DNA of 64,000 bases, taken from assembly GCA_965223205.1 (NCBI GenBank), contig OZ244990.1, forward strand, positions 2,690,724-2,754,723, read 5' to 3'. Shown one piece after another: positions 28,939 through 39,878 of this stretch; position 1 is the first letter of the stretch, and every line of letters starts with the position of its first letter. The notes beneath the pieces were generated by a model. It worked only from the letters and a program-made list of their open reading frames with translations, did not search any database and was not told where the DNA came from. This DNA comes from Candidatus Eiseniibacteriota bacterium. Lineage in GTDB: Bacteria > Eisenbacteria > RBG-16-71-46 > CAVPCR01 > CBDCWB01. A program made the translations under genes and the position numbers.

Positions 28939-31446
28939 ATGTCGTTGTCAAAGAAGAAACGCGTATACGAAGTAGCGCGCGATCTCGGTATCTCGAGCGA
29001 GGCCTTGCTCGAGATGGTGCGCGGCATGGGCGCGCAGGTGAAGAGCCACATGAGCGCGGTTGACGACGAAGTAGTCGACGCGCTTTACGGTCGACTCGAG
29101 CGTGAAAAGCAGCGCATCAAGGATGCGGACGTCACCAAGCGCCAGCGCCAGGCCGATCGACGCGAGGCATCGAAGGGCGAGCAAAAGAAGACCGCCGGCG
29201 GCGCTGACCAGGCGCCGCCGCCTCGTACGACTGCGGCCGCCGTCGCCGAGCCCGCCGCGGCGCCTGAGCCTGCCAAGCAGCCGGCGGCGCCCGCTCCGCC
29301 GGAGCCGGCCGCTGCCAAGCCAACGGCCAAGCCGGCGCCCAAGCCCGCCAGCAAGCCGGCGGCGCGCCGCCCGCCGGCGCCCCCGGCGCCCTTTCGGCCG
29401 TCCCAGTCTGCCCTCAAGCCTGGCGAGCAACCGGCGCGACGCCCGGTGACGCCGCGTCCCGCCGCCGGCCGCCCGCGCCCGCAGGCTCGCACTGGGGGCG
29501 GTGGGCCGATGCCGCCGCCCTACAGCCCGGGAGCGCCGAGCGGCGGCCCGCGACGAGGTGGGCGCCGCAAGAAAGAGAAGAAGGTCGACCGCGACGAAGT
29601 GCGCCGCAACGTCAAGAAGACCCTGTCGTTGATCGACGGGCCCAAGAAGACCAAGCGCCGCCGCAAGACTCGTGAAGACGGCACCGCTGTCGTCGACGAG
29701 CCGCGCATCGTCCGCGCCACGGAGTTCATCACCCTCGGTGAGATCGCCTCGCTTATGGACGAGGATCCGAGCGAAGTGATCGCCGCGTGCATGCGGTTGG
29801 GGGTCATGGCCACCATCAACCAGCGCCTCGACAAAGACACCATTGTGACTTTGGCGGATGAATTCGAATACGAAGTTGAATTCATCACCGAGTGGGGCAA
29901 GGAACAGGTCGAGGGCACCGAAGAGGTCGAAGAAAACCCGGAGCCGCGCGCACCGGTGGTGACGGTGATGGGGCACGTCGACCACGGCAAGACCACTCTG
30001 CTCGACTCGATCCGCTCGACCAACGTCGCGGCCCGCGAGGCCGGCAAGATTACTCAGCACATCGGTGCCTACGTCGTCCAACACAAGAAGCGTCAGATCA
30101 CTTTCCTGGACACGCCGGGCCACGCCGCCTTTACCGCCATGCGAGCGCGGGGGGCCCAGGTCACCGATATCGTCGTCTTGGTGGTGGCAGCTGACGACCG
30201 CATCATGCCACAGACGATTGAGGCGATTGATCACGCCAAAGCGGCGGAAGTGCCGTTGATCGTCGCTATCAACAAGATCGACCTACCCGGTGCCAACGCC
30301 GATCAGGTGAAACAAGAACTTCTCCGGCATAACATCATGGTGGAAGACCTAGGTGGCGAAGTGGTGTCCGTGCCGATTTCGGCTAAGCAGGGCACCAACA
30401 TTGAGCAGCTCCTTGAAATGATCCTCTTGGTGGCAGATGTCCAGGAGTTGAAAGCCGATCCGAGCATTCGCCCGCGGGGCGTTGTGCTTGAAGCCAAAGT
30501 TGAGCAGGGTCGCGGCGTGGTCGGCTCGGTCCTAATTCAGCGCGGCACTCTCAAAGTGGGCGACCCCTTCGTCTGCGGCGTGCATTCCGGCAAGGTGCGC
30601 GCCCTGCACAACGAGTGGGGCGACGACGTCGTTGAGGCCGGTCCTTCGGTGCCGGTCGAGGTGTTGGGTTGGGACGGCGTGCCGCAGGCCGGTGATACCT
30701 TCGCGGTCATGGCCGACGAGCGCGAGGCCTCCGAGATTGCCCACAAGCGCCAGATCCTGGCCCGCGAGCAACAGCTGCAGCGCCAGCGGGCGGTGACTCT
30801 GGCCGATCTCCATACGCGCATGGCCGAGGGCTCGATTTCCGAACTCAACATGATTATCAAGGCTGACGTCGACGGATCTGTTCAGGCGCTCACCGAGTCG
30901 CTCGAACAACTCTCCACCGACGAGGTCAAGCTCAACGTCATTCACTCGGGCGTTGGCAACGTCAATGAGTCGGACGTCATCCTGGCCACCGCCTCGCAGG
31001 CGGTCATTATCGGCTTCCATGTGCGCACCGAAGCGCGCGCCTCGGCCATGGCCAATGAGAAGGGCATCGACGTTCACAGCTACCGGGTGATCTACGAGGC
31101 GGTGGAGAGCGTCAAGAAAGCCATGGAGGGGCTCCTCAAGGCTGAAGAGCGCGAGGTGGTCATCGGTGCCGCTGAGGTGCGGCAAACCTTCAAAACGCCG
31201 CGCACGGTGGTGGCCGGCTGTTACGTCACCGAGGGCAAGATCTTGCGCAGCGCCCAGGCCCGCGTCTTTCGGGGTGGCGAGACGATCTACACCGGCAGGA
31301 TCGGTTCACTGAAGCGGTTCAAAGATGACGCCCGTGAGGTGGCAGCGGGCTACGAGTGCGGCATCGCCCTGGCCGACTTCGATGGTGTCAAGGAACGCGA
31401 CATTATCGAAGTGTTCCGCATCGAGCAGATTGCCCGCACGCTTTAG
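28939..31446 (+). CDS. infB: translation initiation factor IF-2
   Basis: Ala/Pro-rich N-terminal region. G domain ([17 protein letters not shown] … DTPGH … NKID) and the C-terminal beta-barrel domains. Confidence 0.95.
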   Translation: MSLSKKKRVYEVARDLGISSEALLEMVRGMGAQVKSHMSAVDDEVVDALYGRLEREKQRIKDADVTKRQRQADRREASKGEQKKTAGGADQAPPPRTTAAAVAEPAAAPEPAKQPAAPAPPEPAAAKPTAKPAPKPASKPAARRPPAPPAPFRPSQSALKPGEQPARRPVTPRPAAGRPRPQARTGGGGPMPPPYSPGAPSGGPRRGGRRKKEKKVDRDEVRRNVKKTLSLIDGPKKTKRRRKTREDGTAVVDEPRIVRATEFITLGEIASLMDEDPSEVIAACMRLGVMATINQRLDKDTIVTLADEFEYEVEFITEWGKEQVEGTEEVEENPEPRAPVVTVMGHVDHGKTTLLDSIRSTNVAAREAGKITQHIGAYVVQHKKRQITFLDTPGHAAFTAMRARGAQVTDIVVLVVAADDRIMPQTIEAIDHAKAAEVPLIVAINKIDLPGANADQVKQELLRHNIMVEDLGGEVVSVPISAKQGTNIEQLLEMILLVADVQELKADPSIRPRGVVLEAKVEQGRGVVGSVLIQRGTLKVGDPFVCGVHSGKVRALHNEWGDDVVEAGPSVPVEVLGWDGVPQAGDTFAVMADEREASEIAHKRQILAREQQLQRQRAVTLADLHTRMAEGSISELNMIIKADVDGSVQALTESLEQLSTDEVKLNVIHSGVGNVNESDVILATASQAVIIGFHVRTEARASAMANEKGIDVHSYRVIYEAVESVKKAMEGLLKAEEREVVIGAAEVRQTFKTPRTVVAGCYVTEGKILRSAQARVFRGGETIYTGRIGSLKRFKDDAREVAAGYECGIALADFDGVKERDIIEVFRIEQIARTL

Positions 31447-31458
31447 CGTGGTGCGCAG

Positions 31459-31740
31459 ATGCTTGTCGGTGTGGCGCGGATCGAGTTCCACATCCCCGCG
31501 GCTCGGTCGCTGAAGGGGAAGCGCGCCGTTGTACACAGCGTCAGGGATCGGCTGGCAAGCCGATTGAAAGTGTCGGTCGCGGAAGTCGACCACCAGGACC
31601 TGTGGCAACGCTTCGCGCTGGGCGTGGCGGTGGTCGGCAGCGACGCCCGGGTTATCGGTGGCGTCCTCGATCAGGTGCGCCAGGTCTGCGAGTCGGAGAT
31701 GCGCGCAGTGGTGGTTGACTTCCAGGCTGAAGTGCGATGA
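31459..31740 (+). CDS. DUF503 (YlxP-like) protein
   Basis: A 93-aa ORF between infB and rbfA, as in ylxP-type operons (…EFHIPAARSLKGKR…). Confidence 0.65.
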   Translation: MLVGVARIEFHIPAARSLKGKRAVVHSVRDRLASRLKVSVAEVDHQDLWQRFALGVAVVGSDARVIGGVLDQVRQVCESEMRAVVVDFQAEVR

Positions 31741-32099
31741 CCCAGCGCGCACGGCAGGGACGCGTCGGTGAGCTGCTGCGCGATGAACTGGCTGAAGTCA
31801 TCGGCCGCCGCTTGGAAGACCCGCGCCTGCGGTTGGTGTCGGTCACCGCCGTTGAGATGTCGGGCGATTTGCAGCACGCCCGCGTCTATCTGAGTTGCAC
31901 CGACCCTGAGGCAGACGCGGCGGCGGTTCTTAAGGTGGTCCAGCGTGCCGCTGGTTTCATCAGGCGCCAGCTGGTGCGCCAGAACCTCGGGCTGCGCCAC
32001 CTGCCTGAATTGCACTTTTGTCACGATGACTCGATGGCGCACGGCGCGCGCATTGACCAACTCCTCGGCGACGTCGACCACCATCCGGAGGAGCCATGA
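31737..32099 (+). CDS. rbfA: ribosome-binding factor A
   Basis: RVGELLRDELAEVI … RLVSVTAVEMSGDLQHARVY … FIRRQLVRQNLGLRHLPELHF. Confidence 0.85.
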   Translation: MTQRARQGRVGELLRDELAEVIGRRLEDPRLRLVSVTAVEMSGDLQHARVYLSCTDPEADAAAVLKVVQRAAGFIRRQLVRQNLGLRHLPELHFCHDDSMAHGARIDQLLGDVDHHPEEP

Positions 32100-33073
32100 G
32101 TTTGCCGGATTGGGCGCCAGTCGTAGAGGCGATTGACGCAGCCAAGCGCTGCTTGGTGGTCTCGCACATCGACCCCGAGGGCGACTCATTGGGGTCCGAG
32201 CTGGCCCTCGCCACCCTGCTTGGGGGTGCTGGCAAAGATGTTCGCGTGGTGAATGCCGACCGGCCGCCGGCCAAGTACGCGTTCCTCGGCGGGACGGACG
32301 CCATCCAGGCACCGGAGGAGGTCGCCGATGTCGAGTTCGACACGGCGTTCGTGGTGGATTGCGCCGTCTTGGAGCGGGTCGGCTCGGTCGCGTCGCTTCT
32401 CGATGGCCTGACTGTCGTCAACATCGACCACCATCGCTCCAATGAGCGCTTCGGCGACGTCAATTACGTTGCCCCGAGCGCTTGCGCCACCGGGTTTTTG
32501 ATCTACAAGCTGGCCGAGCACCTCAAGTGGCCGCTGACGCCCGAGGTGGCGGCACCGATCTACGCGGCGATCATTACCGACACGGGTAACTTCCGCTATG
32601 CGTCGACGTCCGCCGAAACACTGCGCGTCGCCGCGCACTTGGTGGAGGTCGGCGGGCTCGACCCGTCAGCCGTATGGCGCGCGGTGTTTGGGCAGAAATC
32701 GCTGGCCGCCCTGAAGCTCCTTGAACACGGCCTGCGCGCGCTGGCGCTCGAGTGCGGCGGGCGGCTGGGTGTGATTCACTTGTCGCGCCTGGCGTTTGTG
32801 GAGACCGGGGCCGATGAGATCGACGCGGAGGGCATCGTTAACTTCGCCGGACGCGTCGAGGGCGTCGAAGCGTCGGTGTTGCTCGTCGAGACCAAGAGTG
32901 GTGTGGTGAAAGCCAGCTTGCGTTCTGAGGGGGTGGTCGACGTCGACCGCGTGGCGGCTGCCTTTGGCGGCGGCGGTCACCGAAACGCCGCTGGCGCCCG
33001 CCTTCAGGGACCGCTGGCCGAAGCGCGGCGGCGGGTGATCGAGGCGTTTCGGGCGGCGTTGGGTGGTGAGTAG
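32096..33073 (+). CDS. nrnA: DHH-family phosphoesterase (NrnA-type oligoribonuclease / pAp phosphatase)
   Basis: DHH motifs (SHIDPEGDSLGS … VNIDHHRSN … ITDTGNF) and a DHHA1-like C-terminus (GGGHRNAAG). Confidence 0.8.
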   Translation: MSLPDWAPVVEAIDAAKRCLVVSHIDPEGDSLGSELALATLLGGAGKDVRVVNADRPPAKYAFLGGTDAIQAPEEVADVEFDTAFVVDCAVLERVGSVASLLDGLTVVNIDHHRSNERFGDVNYVAPSACATGFLIYKLAEHLKWPLTPEVAAPIYAAIITDTGNFRYASTSAETLRVAAHLVEVGGLDPSAVWRAVFGQKSLAALKLLEHGLRALALECGGRLGVIHLSRLAFVETGADEIDAEGIVNFAGRVEGVEASVLLVETKSGVVKASLRSEGVVDVDRVAAAFGGGGHRNAAGARLQGPLAEARRRVIEAFRAALGGE

Positions 33074-33079
33074 CTGGCC

Positions 33080-33994
33080 GTGCTGGTGGTGTTGATTGAC
33101 AAGGAACCGGGGCCAACCTCGCACGACGTCGTGGCGCGGCTGCGTCGCGTGCTTGGCCAACGGCGGGTCGGGCACACCGGTACGCTCGATCCCTTTGCAT
33201 CAGGGCTTCTGCCCTGCTGCGTTGGGCGAGCGACGCGGATCGCCCCGTTCATCAGCGACCAGCCCAAAACCTACGAAGGAGTCATCGAGCTCGGCTATGC
33301 CACGGACACGCTGGATCCGACCGGTCGCATCTCTGAGCGCCGTCCGGTCGAACCTGGCTGGGAGGCGCGCTTGGAGGCAGTGCGCCGCCGTTTTGTCGGC
33401 ACCCTCGAGCAGGTGCCGCCCATGTACTCGGCGGTGCGGGTCGGCGGTCGGCGCCTTTACAAGGCGGCTCGCCAAGGGATGGTTCTAGAGCGCCCACCCC
33501 GCACGGTGACGGTGGAACGTTTGGACCTCGAACCCATCGGCGCAGCCAGGTTGTGGATCGACGCCCGGGTGTCCAGCGGCACCTACGTGCGCGTCCTCGC
33601 CCTCGACTTGGCCAAGGCTTTGGGGACGGTCGGCACCCTCACCCAGCTACGGCGCACCAGTGTTGGATCACTCGGGGTCGAAGAGGCGCTCTCCAGCCGC
33701 AGCCTAGCCCCTGGGGCGCGCGAGCGGCTGCGTGGCGCGAGTTGCTCGCCGTCGGTGGCCCTCGCCGCCTACCCGGCCTTGACGCTGCGGGGGACGGCAG
33801 TCGCGCGGTTGAGGCACGGCGTGGCGCCCGGCGCGGGGGAGTGGAGCATCGAGCCCGGGACCCATCTTCGTCCTAACCAGGCTGTGCGATTGGTCGATCG
33901 AGACGGCGCGCTCCTGGCGCTGGCGCGCATCTCGATGTCTGACGGCGGCCGCTCGTCTTGCGAACTCCTGCGCGTCTTGGTGGGCGCGGCGTGA
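33080..33994 (+). CDS. truB: tRNA pseudouridine(55) synthase
   Basis: VGHTGTLDPFASGLLP catalytic Asp motif; TruB_N followed by a PUA-like C-terminus. Confidence 0.9.
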   Translation: MLVVLIDKEPGPTSHDVVARLRRVLGQRRVGHTGTLDPFASGLLPCCVGRATRIAPFISDQPKTYEGVIELGYATDTLDPTGRISERRPVEPGWEARLEAVRRRFVGTLEQVPPMYSAVRVGGRRLYKAARQGMVLERPPRTVTVERLDLEPIGAARLWIDARVSSGTYVRVLALDLAKALGTVGTLTQLRRTSVGSLGVEEALSSRSLAPGARERLRGASCSPSVALAAYPALTLRGTAVARLRHGVAPGAGEWSIEPGTHLRPNQAVRLVDRDGALLALARISMSDGGRSSCELLRVLVGAA

Positions 33995-34923
33995 CCGGGA
34001 ACCGACCGGCGGCCGCCGTCACCATCGGCGTGTTCGATGGCGTGCACTTGGGTCATCAGGCGCTCGTCGCTCGCGTCCGTCACCACGCCGATCAAGCGGA
34101 CTTGCTGGCGGTCATTTTCACTTTTGCTGAACACCCCCTGGCCACGCTGGCGCCGTCCCGTTGTCCTCCGGCGCTGACCACCACCGCCGAGCGGCAAACG
34201 TGGTTGACCGCTGCTGGAGCCGAGCGGGTACACGTTTTGGTTTTCGATGAGCATTTGGCGGCGTCCTCAGCGGCGGACTTTCTAGCCGAGCACATTGTTA
34301 GCCGCTACGACTTGACCACTCTGGTGGTCGGACCAGATTTCGCGATGGGTCGCGACCGCGCCGGCGATCTGGCCACCCTCAGGGGCCTCGCACAAGCGCA
34401 GGGTTTTCGAGTGGACGAGGTGGCGGTGGTGCCGGTGGGGGGCGCGCCGATCTCGTCGTCGAGGATTCGGATCGCCCTAAGCGCTGGCCGGGTCGAAGAG
34501 GCCGCCACGCTGCTCGGCCGTCCCTATGCGGTGACCGGGCCCGTCATCCGCGGGCACGGACGGGGTCGCAAACTGGGGGTACCGACCGCCAACCTCGAGC
34601 CGCCCGCCGGCAAGCTGGTGCCGGCGACCGGTGTCTATGCCGGGGTGGCGGTCCACCCGCTCATCGGCCACCGCCTAGCGGCGATCAACGTCGGTTTGGC
34701 ACCCACCTTTGGGGGGACCGAGCGGCGGGTCGAAGTCCACATCCTCGATTTTGACGGGGAGTGGGTCGGCCAGACCCTGGAGGTTCAGTTTGGCGCTCGC
34801 CTGCGCGAGGAGCGGCGCTTCGCCGACGCCGAGGCGTTGGTCGCCCAGATCCACGCTGACCTCGACCGAGTCCGGCGCTTGGCCCCAAAGCTGGGGGTCG
34901 AGGTGCCGGAAGCCGATCGGTAG
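33991..34923 (+). CDS. ribF: bifunctional riboflavin kinase / FAD synthetase
   Basis: The GTG at 33991 overlaps the truB TGA (GTGA junction). FAD synthetase region (GVFDGVHLGHQAL) and riboflavin kinase region (VIRGHGRGRKLGVPTANL). The stop codon lies inside a tandem repeat. Confidence 0.9.
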   Translation: MTGNRPAAAVTIGVFDGVHLGHQALVARVRHHADQADLLAVIFTFAEHPLATLAPSRCPPALTTTAERQTWLTAAGAERVHVLVFDEHLAASSAADFLAEHIVSRYDLTTLVVGPDFAMGRDRAGDLATLRGLAQAQGFRVDEVAVVPVGGAPISSSRIRIALSAGRVEEAATLLGRPYAVTGPVIRGHGRGRKLGVPTANLEPPAGKLVPATGVYAGVAVHPLIGHRLAAINVGLAPTFGGTERRVEVHILDFDGEWVGQTLEVQFGARLREERRFADAEALVAQIHADLDRVRRLAPKLGVEVPEADR

Positions 34924-34995
34924 GGGGTGCCGGAAGCCGACCGGTAGAGGGTGCCGAAAACCGATCGGTAGAGGGTGCCGAAAACCCCTGTTTTT
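34900..34995. repeat. 24-bp tandem direct repeat, about 3.5 copies (GnGGTGCCGrAArCCGAyCGGTAG)
   Basis: Copies at 34900-34923, 34924-34947, 34948-34971 and a partial copy at 34972-34995. The first copy contains the ribF stop; the repeats sit upstream of the rpsO promoter region. Confidence 0.75.
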
Positions 34996-35129
34996 GCTTT
35001 CGCGGCCCCTGCGCCTGTGGTAGGCTGGCGCCTCGCAAGCTGTGTGAAATCTAGTAAGATATTGATACCAAACGACTTGGAGTCGAGCTCCGCGCCCCGG
35101 CGCGAGAGCTAAAGGAAGGTGACCGAAGC

Positions 35130-35399
35130 GTGGCGCTGAAGAAGGACGCCAAAAAGGACATCATCGCGCAGTTTCGACTGCACGACTCGGATTCGGGTTC
35201 CCCCGAAGTTCAGATCGCGCTCCTCACCCAAAAGATCAAGTACCTCACCGAGCACTTCAAGGTGCACAAGCGTGACCACCATTCGCGGCGCGGGTTGCTG
35301 AAGATGGTTGGCCAGCGGCGGCGGTTGCTCGAGTACCTGAAGGCAACCAAGGTCGAGCGTTACCGCGCGATCATCCGCGAACTGGGCATTCGCAAGTAA
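35130..35399 (+). CDS. rpsO: 30S ribosomal protein S15
   Basis: 89 aa, …[50 protein letters not shown]…. Confidence 0.95.
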   Translation: MALKKDAKKDIIAQFRLHDSDSGSPEVQIALLTQKIKYLTEHFKVHKRDHHSRRGLLKMVGQRRRLLEYLKATKVERYRAIIRELGIRK

Positions 35400-35517
35400 G
35401 CGAGGGTTTCTCGCGGCGAGCCCAAGGTGCTCGCTTTCTACCCCAGCTGAACCAAGCGTTGATGCCTCAGTTCCGAGCGGAACCCGAGGCCCTTTTTATA
35501 TTGTGGAAGGATGAAAC

Positions 35518-37659
35518 ATGTCAGAACAAGCAGCCACCGGCGTGGCAAACCCAGTCGATCGCACCGCCCATAGCGCCGACCTCGAAATTGGCGGGCGCTA
35601 CCTGACGATTGAAACCGGCAAGATCGCCCGCCAAGCCTCTGGCTCAGCGGTTGTCCGTTTCGGCGACACGGTCGTTTTGGTGGCAGCGGTCGGGAGTACC
35701 GAGCCGCGTGCCGGAATCAGTTTTTTCCCGTTGACCGTGGACTACCGGGAGAAGCTCTACGCCGCCGGACGCATCCCGGGGGGCTTCTTTAAGCGGGAAG
35801 GTCGCCCAAATGAAAAGGAAATCCTCAGCTGCCGGGTAATCGATCGCTCGATTCGTCCGCTGTTTCCCAAAGGCTACCAAAACGAAACGCAGGTCTTTTG
35901 TAACGTCCTGTCTTCGGATCAAGAGAACGATTCGGACATCCTTGCTCTGCTCGGAGCATCCACTTCACTGTGCTTGTCCGAGGTGCCTTTTGGTGGTCCG
36001 GTCTCCGCTGTGCGGGTCGGGCAGGTCGATGGCGAGTTTGTCGTCAATCCGACTTTTGCCCAGCTCGAGTCCTCCGAGATCGACATTGTCGTGGCTGGAA
36101 CCAGCGATTCGATCGTCATGGTCGAGGGCGGTGCTCGCGAGGTGTCCGAAGCCGTCATGGTCGGCGCACTGGAGGTGGCTCACGCCACCATCCGCCAGCT
36201 GAACGGCTTGCAAGAAGAACTCGTACGGGCCTGCGGCAAGGAAAAGCTGACCTTTGCACAGCCCGAAATCGATGGCGAACTCGAGCGCGCGGTCGAGGAG
36301 GCCTATGGCGAGCGCCTCAGTCAGGCCAACACCTTGGTCGACAAGCAAGCGCGGCAGGAGGCAGTGGCCGCAGTTCACACCGAGGCCCAGGAGGCCTTTG
36401 CCGAGCGCTTCCCTGAATCTGCCGCCGATGTGGCTACCGTCCTCGGGCGCATCCAGAAGCAGAGCCTCAGGAACACCATTATTTCTGAGGGTCGCCGGGT
36501 CGACGGCCGCCGCCCCGAAGAGATTCGCGCCATCACCTGCGAAATCGGCATGCTACCGCGCACCCACGGCTCGGCCCTGTTCACGCGTGGCGAAACCCAG
36601 TCGCTGGTCGTCGCCACGCTCGGAACATCGGTGGATGAACAGAAAATCGATGAACTCGAGGGGCAGCGTTGGAAGAGCTACATGCTCCACTACAACTTCC
36701 CGCCGTTTTCGGTGGGCGAGGTGAGACCGCCCCGTGGTCCCAGTCGTCGTGAGATCGGCCATGGTGCTTTGGCCGAGCGGGCCATCGAGCCGGTGATTCC
36801 TGCCGATGACGCCTTCCCATACACCATCCGCCTGGTTTCGGACATTTTGGAGTCGAACGGTTCCTCGTCGATGGCCACGGTGTGCGGCGGGGTATTGGCC
36901 TTGATGGATGCTGGAGTGCCCATCAAAACACCCGTGGCCGGTATCGCCATGGGTCTGGTGAAAGAGGGCGATCGTGCCGAGATCCTCACCGACATCCTCG
37001 GCATTGAAGATCACCTTGGCGACATGGACTTCAAAGTCACCGGCACCCGCGACGGCATTACCGCTTTCCAAATGGACGTCAAGATCGCCGGTATCTCGTT
37101 CGAGCTGTTCGCCGAAGCCTTGGAGCGCGCCAAACAGGCGCGGTTCCATGTGCTGGACGCCATGGAGCAGACCATTGCCGAGCCGCGCTCCGAACTGTCG
37201 GTGTACGCCCCGCGCATCTCGGTCCTGCAGGTCAAGCCCGACAAGGTGCGCGAGATCATCGGCCCAGGCGGGCGCACGATCCGTTCCATCACTGACCAGA
37301 CCGGCGCCCAGATCGACATCGAGGACGACGGCACTGTCAAGGTGGCGGCGACCGATTCGGCGGCCGGCAACCGTGCCCTGGAAATGATCAAGGCGCTGGT
37401 TCAAGACCCCGAGATTGGCCGGATCTATCGGGGTCGGGTCAAGCGGGTAGTCGAGTTTGGTGCCTTCATCGAGATCTTGCCGGGTCGGGATGGTTTGTGT
37501 CACATCTCCGAACTTGAGGAGCACCGCGTCAACCGCGTCGAGGATGTCTTGCGCGAGGGTGATGTGACCGAGGTCAAGGTCATCTCGGTGGACTCGGATG
37601 GCCGGGTCAAGCTCAGCCGCAAACAAGCGATGGGCGCTCGCGAGCGCTCAGGCGTTTAG
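35518..37659 (+). CDS. pnp: polyribonucleotide nucleotidyltransferase (PNPase)
   Basis: Two RNase PH domains followed by KH and S1 domains (…DGRVKLSRKQA). RBS GGAAGGA before the ATG, with a structured leader in between. Confidence 0.95.
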   Translation: MSEQAATGVANPVDRTAHSADLEIGGRYLTIETGKIARQASGSAVVRFGDTVVLVAAVGSTEPRAGISFFPLTVDYREKLYAAGRIPGGFFKREGRPNEKEILSCRVIDRSIRPLFPKGYQNETQVFCNVLSSDQENDSDILALLGASTSLCLSEVPFGGPVSAVRVGQVDGEFVVNPTFAQLESSEIDIVVAGTSDSIVMVEGGAREVSEAVMVGALEVAHATIRQLNGLQEELVRACGKEKLTFAQPEIDGELERAVEEAYGERLSQANTLVDKQARQEAVAAVHTEAQEAFAERFPESAADVATVLGRIQKQSLRNTIISEGRRVDGRRPEEIRAITCEIGMLPRTHGSALFTRGETQSLVVATLGTSVDEQKIDELEGQRWKSYMLHYNFPPFSVGEVRPPRGPSRREIGHGALAERAIEPVIPADDAFPYTIRLVSDILESNGSSSMATVCGGVLALMDAGVPIKTPVAGIAMGLVKEGDRAEILTDILGIEDHLGDMDFKVTGTRDGITAFQMDVKIAGISFELFAEALERAKQARFHVLDAMEQTIAEPRSELSVYAPRISVLQVKPDKVREIIGPGGRTIRSITDQTGAQIDIEDDGTVKVAATDSAAGNRALEMIKALVQDPEIGRIYRGRVKRVVEFGAFIEILPGRDGLCHISELEEHRVNRVEDVLREGDVTEVKVISVDSDGRVKLSRKQAMGARERSGV

Positions 37660-37680
37660 TAGAGCGCGCCCGGGGTTGGT

Positions 37681-38508
37681 GTGGGCTTGCCCTTCACCAA
37701 GATGCACGGGCTCGGCAACGACTACGTCTACGTCGATGAAGCTACGCTCGACGGGTTCGATCCCGTCGAGTTGAGTCGCCGGATAGCCGATCGCCACACC
37801 GGCATCGGCGCCGACGGGCTAGTGGTCCTGGCCCGCGGTGCCGAGGTGGCTATGCGCATGTGGAACGCCGATGGTTCCGAGTCGGCCATGTGCGGCAACG
37901 CTCTGCGTTGCGTTGCCCGTTTGGCGGTCGACTGGGGTTGGGCGGCGGGCTCAGAGCTCACCATTCAGACGGGCGCCGGTCGCCATCAGGCGCTTCTGTT
38001 GGACGATGGGCGCGTGCGGGTCGACCTCGGCGCCCCGCGCTTTGCGCCGGCGGCAATTCCCATGGTGGCCGTCGCCAGCCCGGTCTTGGATGCGCCCTTT
38101 CCACTCGACGGCGACACCCTGCGCATCTCAGCAGTTTCAATGGGCAATCCCCACGCGGTGATCGAGGTGGACGACGTAGCCACCGCCCCGGTAGCCACTC
38201 TCGGGCCGCGTTTGGAGTGCGACCCCCGCTTCCCCGAGCGCACCAATGTTGGGTTTGCCGAGCGCACCGGCGACCGGGCTCTCAACCTGCGGGTGTGGGA
38301 GCGCGGCAGCGGCGAGACGCGGGCCTGCGGCTCGGGCGCCGCGGCCGCGGCGGTGACCCAGCTGGCCCGCGGCCTAGTGTCCAATCCGGTCTCGGTGGAC
38401 CTGCCCGGCGGTCAATTGCTGGTGGACTGGGATCGCTCGGGGCCCGTCTGGCTGACGGGCGAGGCGGCCTACGCGTTCAAGGGCGAGTGGCTAGGGGCGC
38501 CCTTGTAG
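37681..38508 (+). CDS. dapF: diaminopimelate epimerase
   Basis: FTKMHGLGNDYVYVD … MCGNALRC … ACGSGAAAAAV catalytic Cys pair; GTG start. Confidence 0.9.
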   Translation: MGLPFTKMHGLGNDYVYVDEATLDGFDPVELSRRIADRHTGIGADGLVVLARGAEVAMRMWNADGSESAMCGNALRCVARLAVDWGWAAGSELTIQTGAGRHQALLLDDGRVRVDLGAPRFAPAAIPMVAVASPVLDAPFPLDGDTLRISAVSMGNPHAVIEVDDVATAPVATLGPRLECDPRFPERTNVGFAERTGDRALNLRVWERGSGETRACGSGAAAAAVTQLARGLVSNPVSVDLPGGQLLVDWDRSGPVWLTGEAAYAFKGEWLGAPL

Positions 38509-39680
38509 GCCTCGAGGCCGCGCTTGACGACTTCCAACGCCCGGGTCAGCGGCTCGACATCCAGCACGTACGCCACGCGCACCTCGTTCAAGCCGCGCCC
38601 TGGCGTCGTGTAGAACCCGGAACCGGGAGCCAGGAGCGTCGTCTCGCCGTCCAGTTGAAACTCAGTCAGGAGGAACTCACAAAAGTCCTCGGCGCGCTCC
38701 ACGGGCAGGCCAAGCATGATGTAGAACGCACCCTCCGGGATCGGGCAGGTGATGCCTTCGACGTCAGCCATGGCGCGCACCACCGCGTCGCGCCGCGCCC
38801 GGTAGGTGGCGCAGGTCGTGCGGAAATAGTCGGCGCCCACCTCACCAATCGCTGCAGCTGCGACCTGCCCTAGAGTCGGTGGCGATAGGCGAGCCATTGC
38901 AAAGCGCATGGCGGCGTCAATGATCGCCGGCGCGCGGGAGACCATAGCACCCACCCGCAGGCCGCAGGCGGCGTAGCGCTTGGACGTGGAGTCGATCATG
39001 ATGACTTGCTCGTCGAGTTCGCCAAATTCCAGGACACTGGGCGTCGAGCCCTCGAAGATGAACTCGCGATACACCTCGTCCCCGATGACGAACAGGTTGT
39101 GCGCGGTGGCCAGCGCGACGATCGCCTCGACTTCGCTCTGAGTGTAAACGGTGCCCGTAGGGTTACCGGGGTTGGCGAACAAGATGGCCTTGGTGCCGGG
39201 CTGGACGTAGCGCTCCAGGTCCGCCGGCAGGTGGTAGCCGTCCTCAATCCGACAGGGTATCGGGTCGACGTGAACGCCCAAGAGCGCGGCGAAGCCCAGA
39301 TAGTTGGGGTACAGTGGCTCAGGGATTAGCACCCGTTCACCCGGATCCAAGCAAGCCGCTAGAGCGAAAATGAGCGCCTCAGACCCAGCCGTGGTGACCA
39401 GGAAGTGATCGCCAGTCAGGTCGGTGTGACCGGCTTGGTGCCAATAGGTGAGCAGTGCGTCGCGACAGGCCTGGGTGCCGCCGGACGGCGAGTAGGCATA
39501 GGTGGTGGCGTCGAAGTTCCGAACCGCCCGGCGGAGGGCGCCCGGAGTCGGCAGGTCGGGTTGGCCGATGTTGAGATGATGGACGTGGACGCCCCGCCGG
39601 CGGGCGGCGTCGGCCAAAGGCGCCAGTCGCCGGATCGGCGACGCCGGGGCGGCGGTGCCTCGCTTTGAGAGTGTTGGCAC
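38469..39680 (-). CDS. pyridoxal-phosphate-dependent aminotransferase, class I/II (aspartate/aromatic-type)
   Basis: SPIRRL… N-terminus, LNIGQPDLPTP, NPGNPTG and a SxSKxxxxxGxRxG lysine motif (STSKRYAACGLRVG). Its 3' end overlaps dapF convergently by 40 nt. Confidence 0.8.
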   Translation of the reverse strand: MPTLSKRGTAAPASPIRRLAPLADAARRRGVHVHHLNIGQPDLPTPGALRRAVRNFDATTYAYSPSGGTQACRDALLTYWHQAGHTDLTGDHFLVTTAGSEALIFALAACLDPGERVLIPEPLYPNYLGFAALLGVHVDPIPCRIEDGYHLPADLERYVQPGTKAILFANPGNPTGTVYTQSEVEAIVALATAHNLFVIGDEVYREFIFEGSTPSVLEFGELDEQVIMIDSTSKRYAACGLRVGAMVSRAPAIIDAAMRFAMARLSPPTLGQVAAAAIGEVGADYFRTTCATYRARRDAVVRAMADVEGITCPIPEGAFYIMLGLPVERAEDFCEFLLTEFQLDGETTLLAPGSGFYTTPGRGLNEVRVAYVLDVEPLTRALEVVKRGLEAYKGAPSHSPLNA

Positions 39681-39878
39681 TGAAGCGCTCCTGGAAGGGC
39701 GTGATCAGTCGGTGAAATCCCATCGTAGCATGCGCTGGCGCCGATCTAGGGCCTGTACGGTGGCCACTTTGCTAGAGTCCGCCCCTGGCGGTGCGACCTT
39801 TTGGGCGGGGGATGGTGTATTAGTAACGACCGCCAGCAGTGTGTGGCGGCCCCATGGGTGCGGTTGGTAGGAGGTTGC

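Noticed and set aside
34900-34995. CRISPR array
   Set aside because: The 24-bp units are directly abutting with no spacers, only 3.5 copies, and no cas genes; this is a simple tandem repeat.
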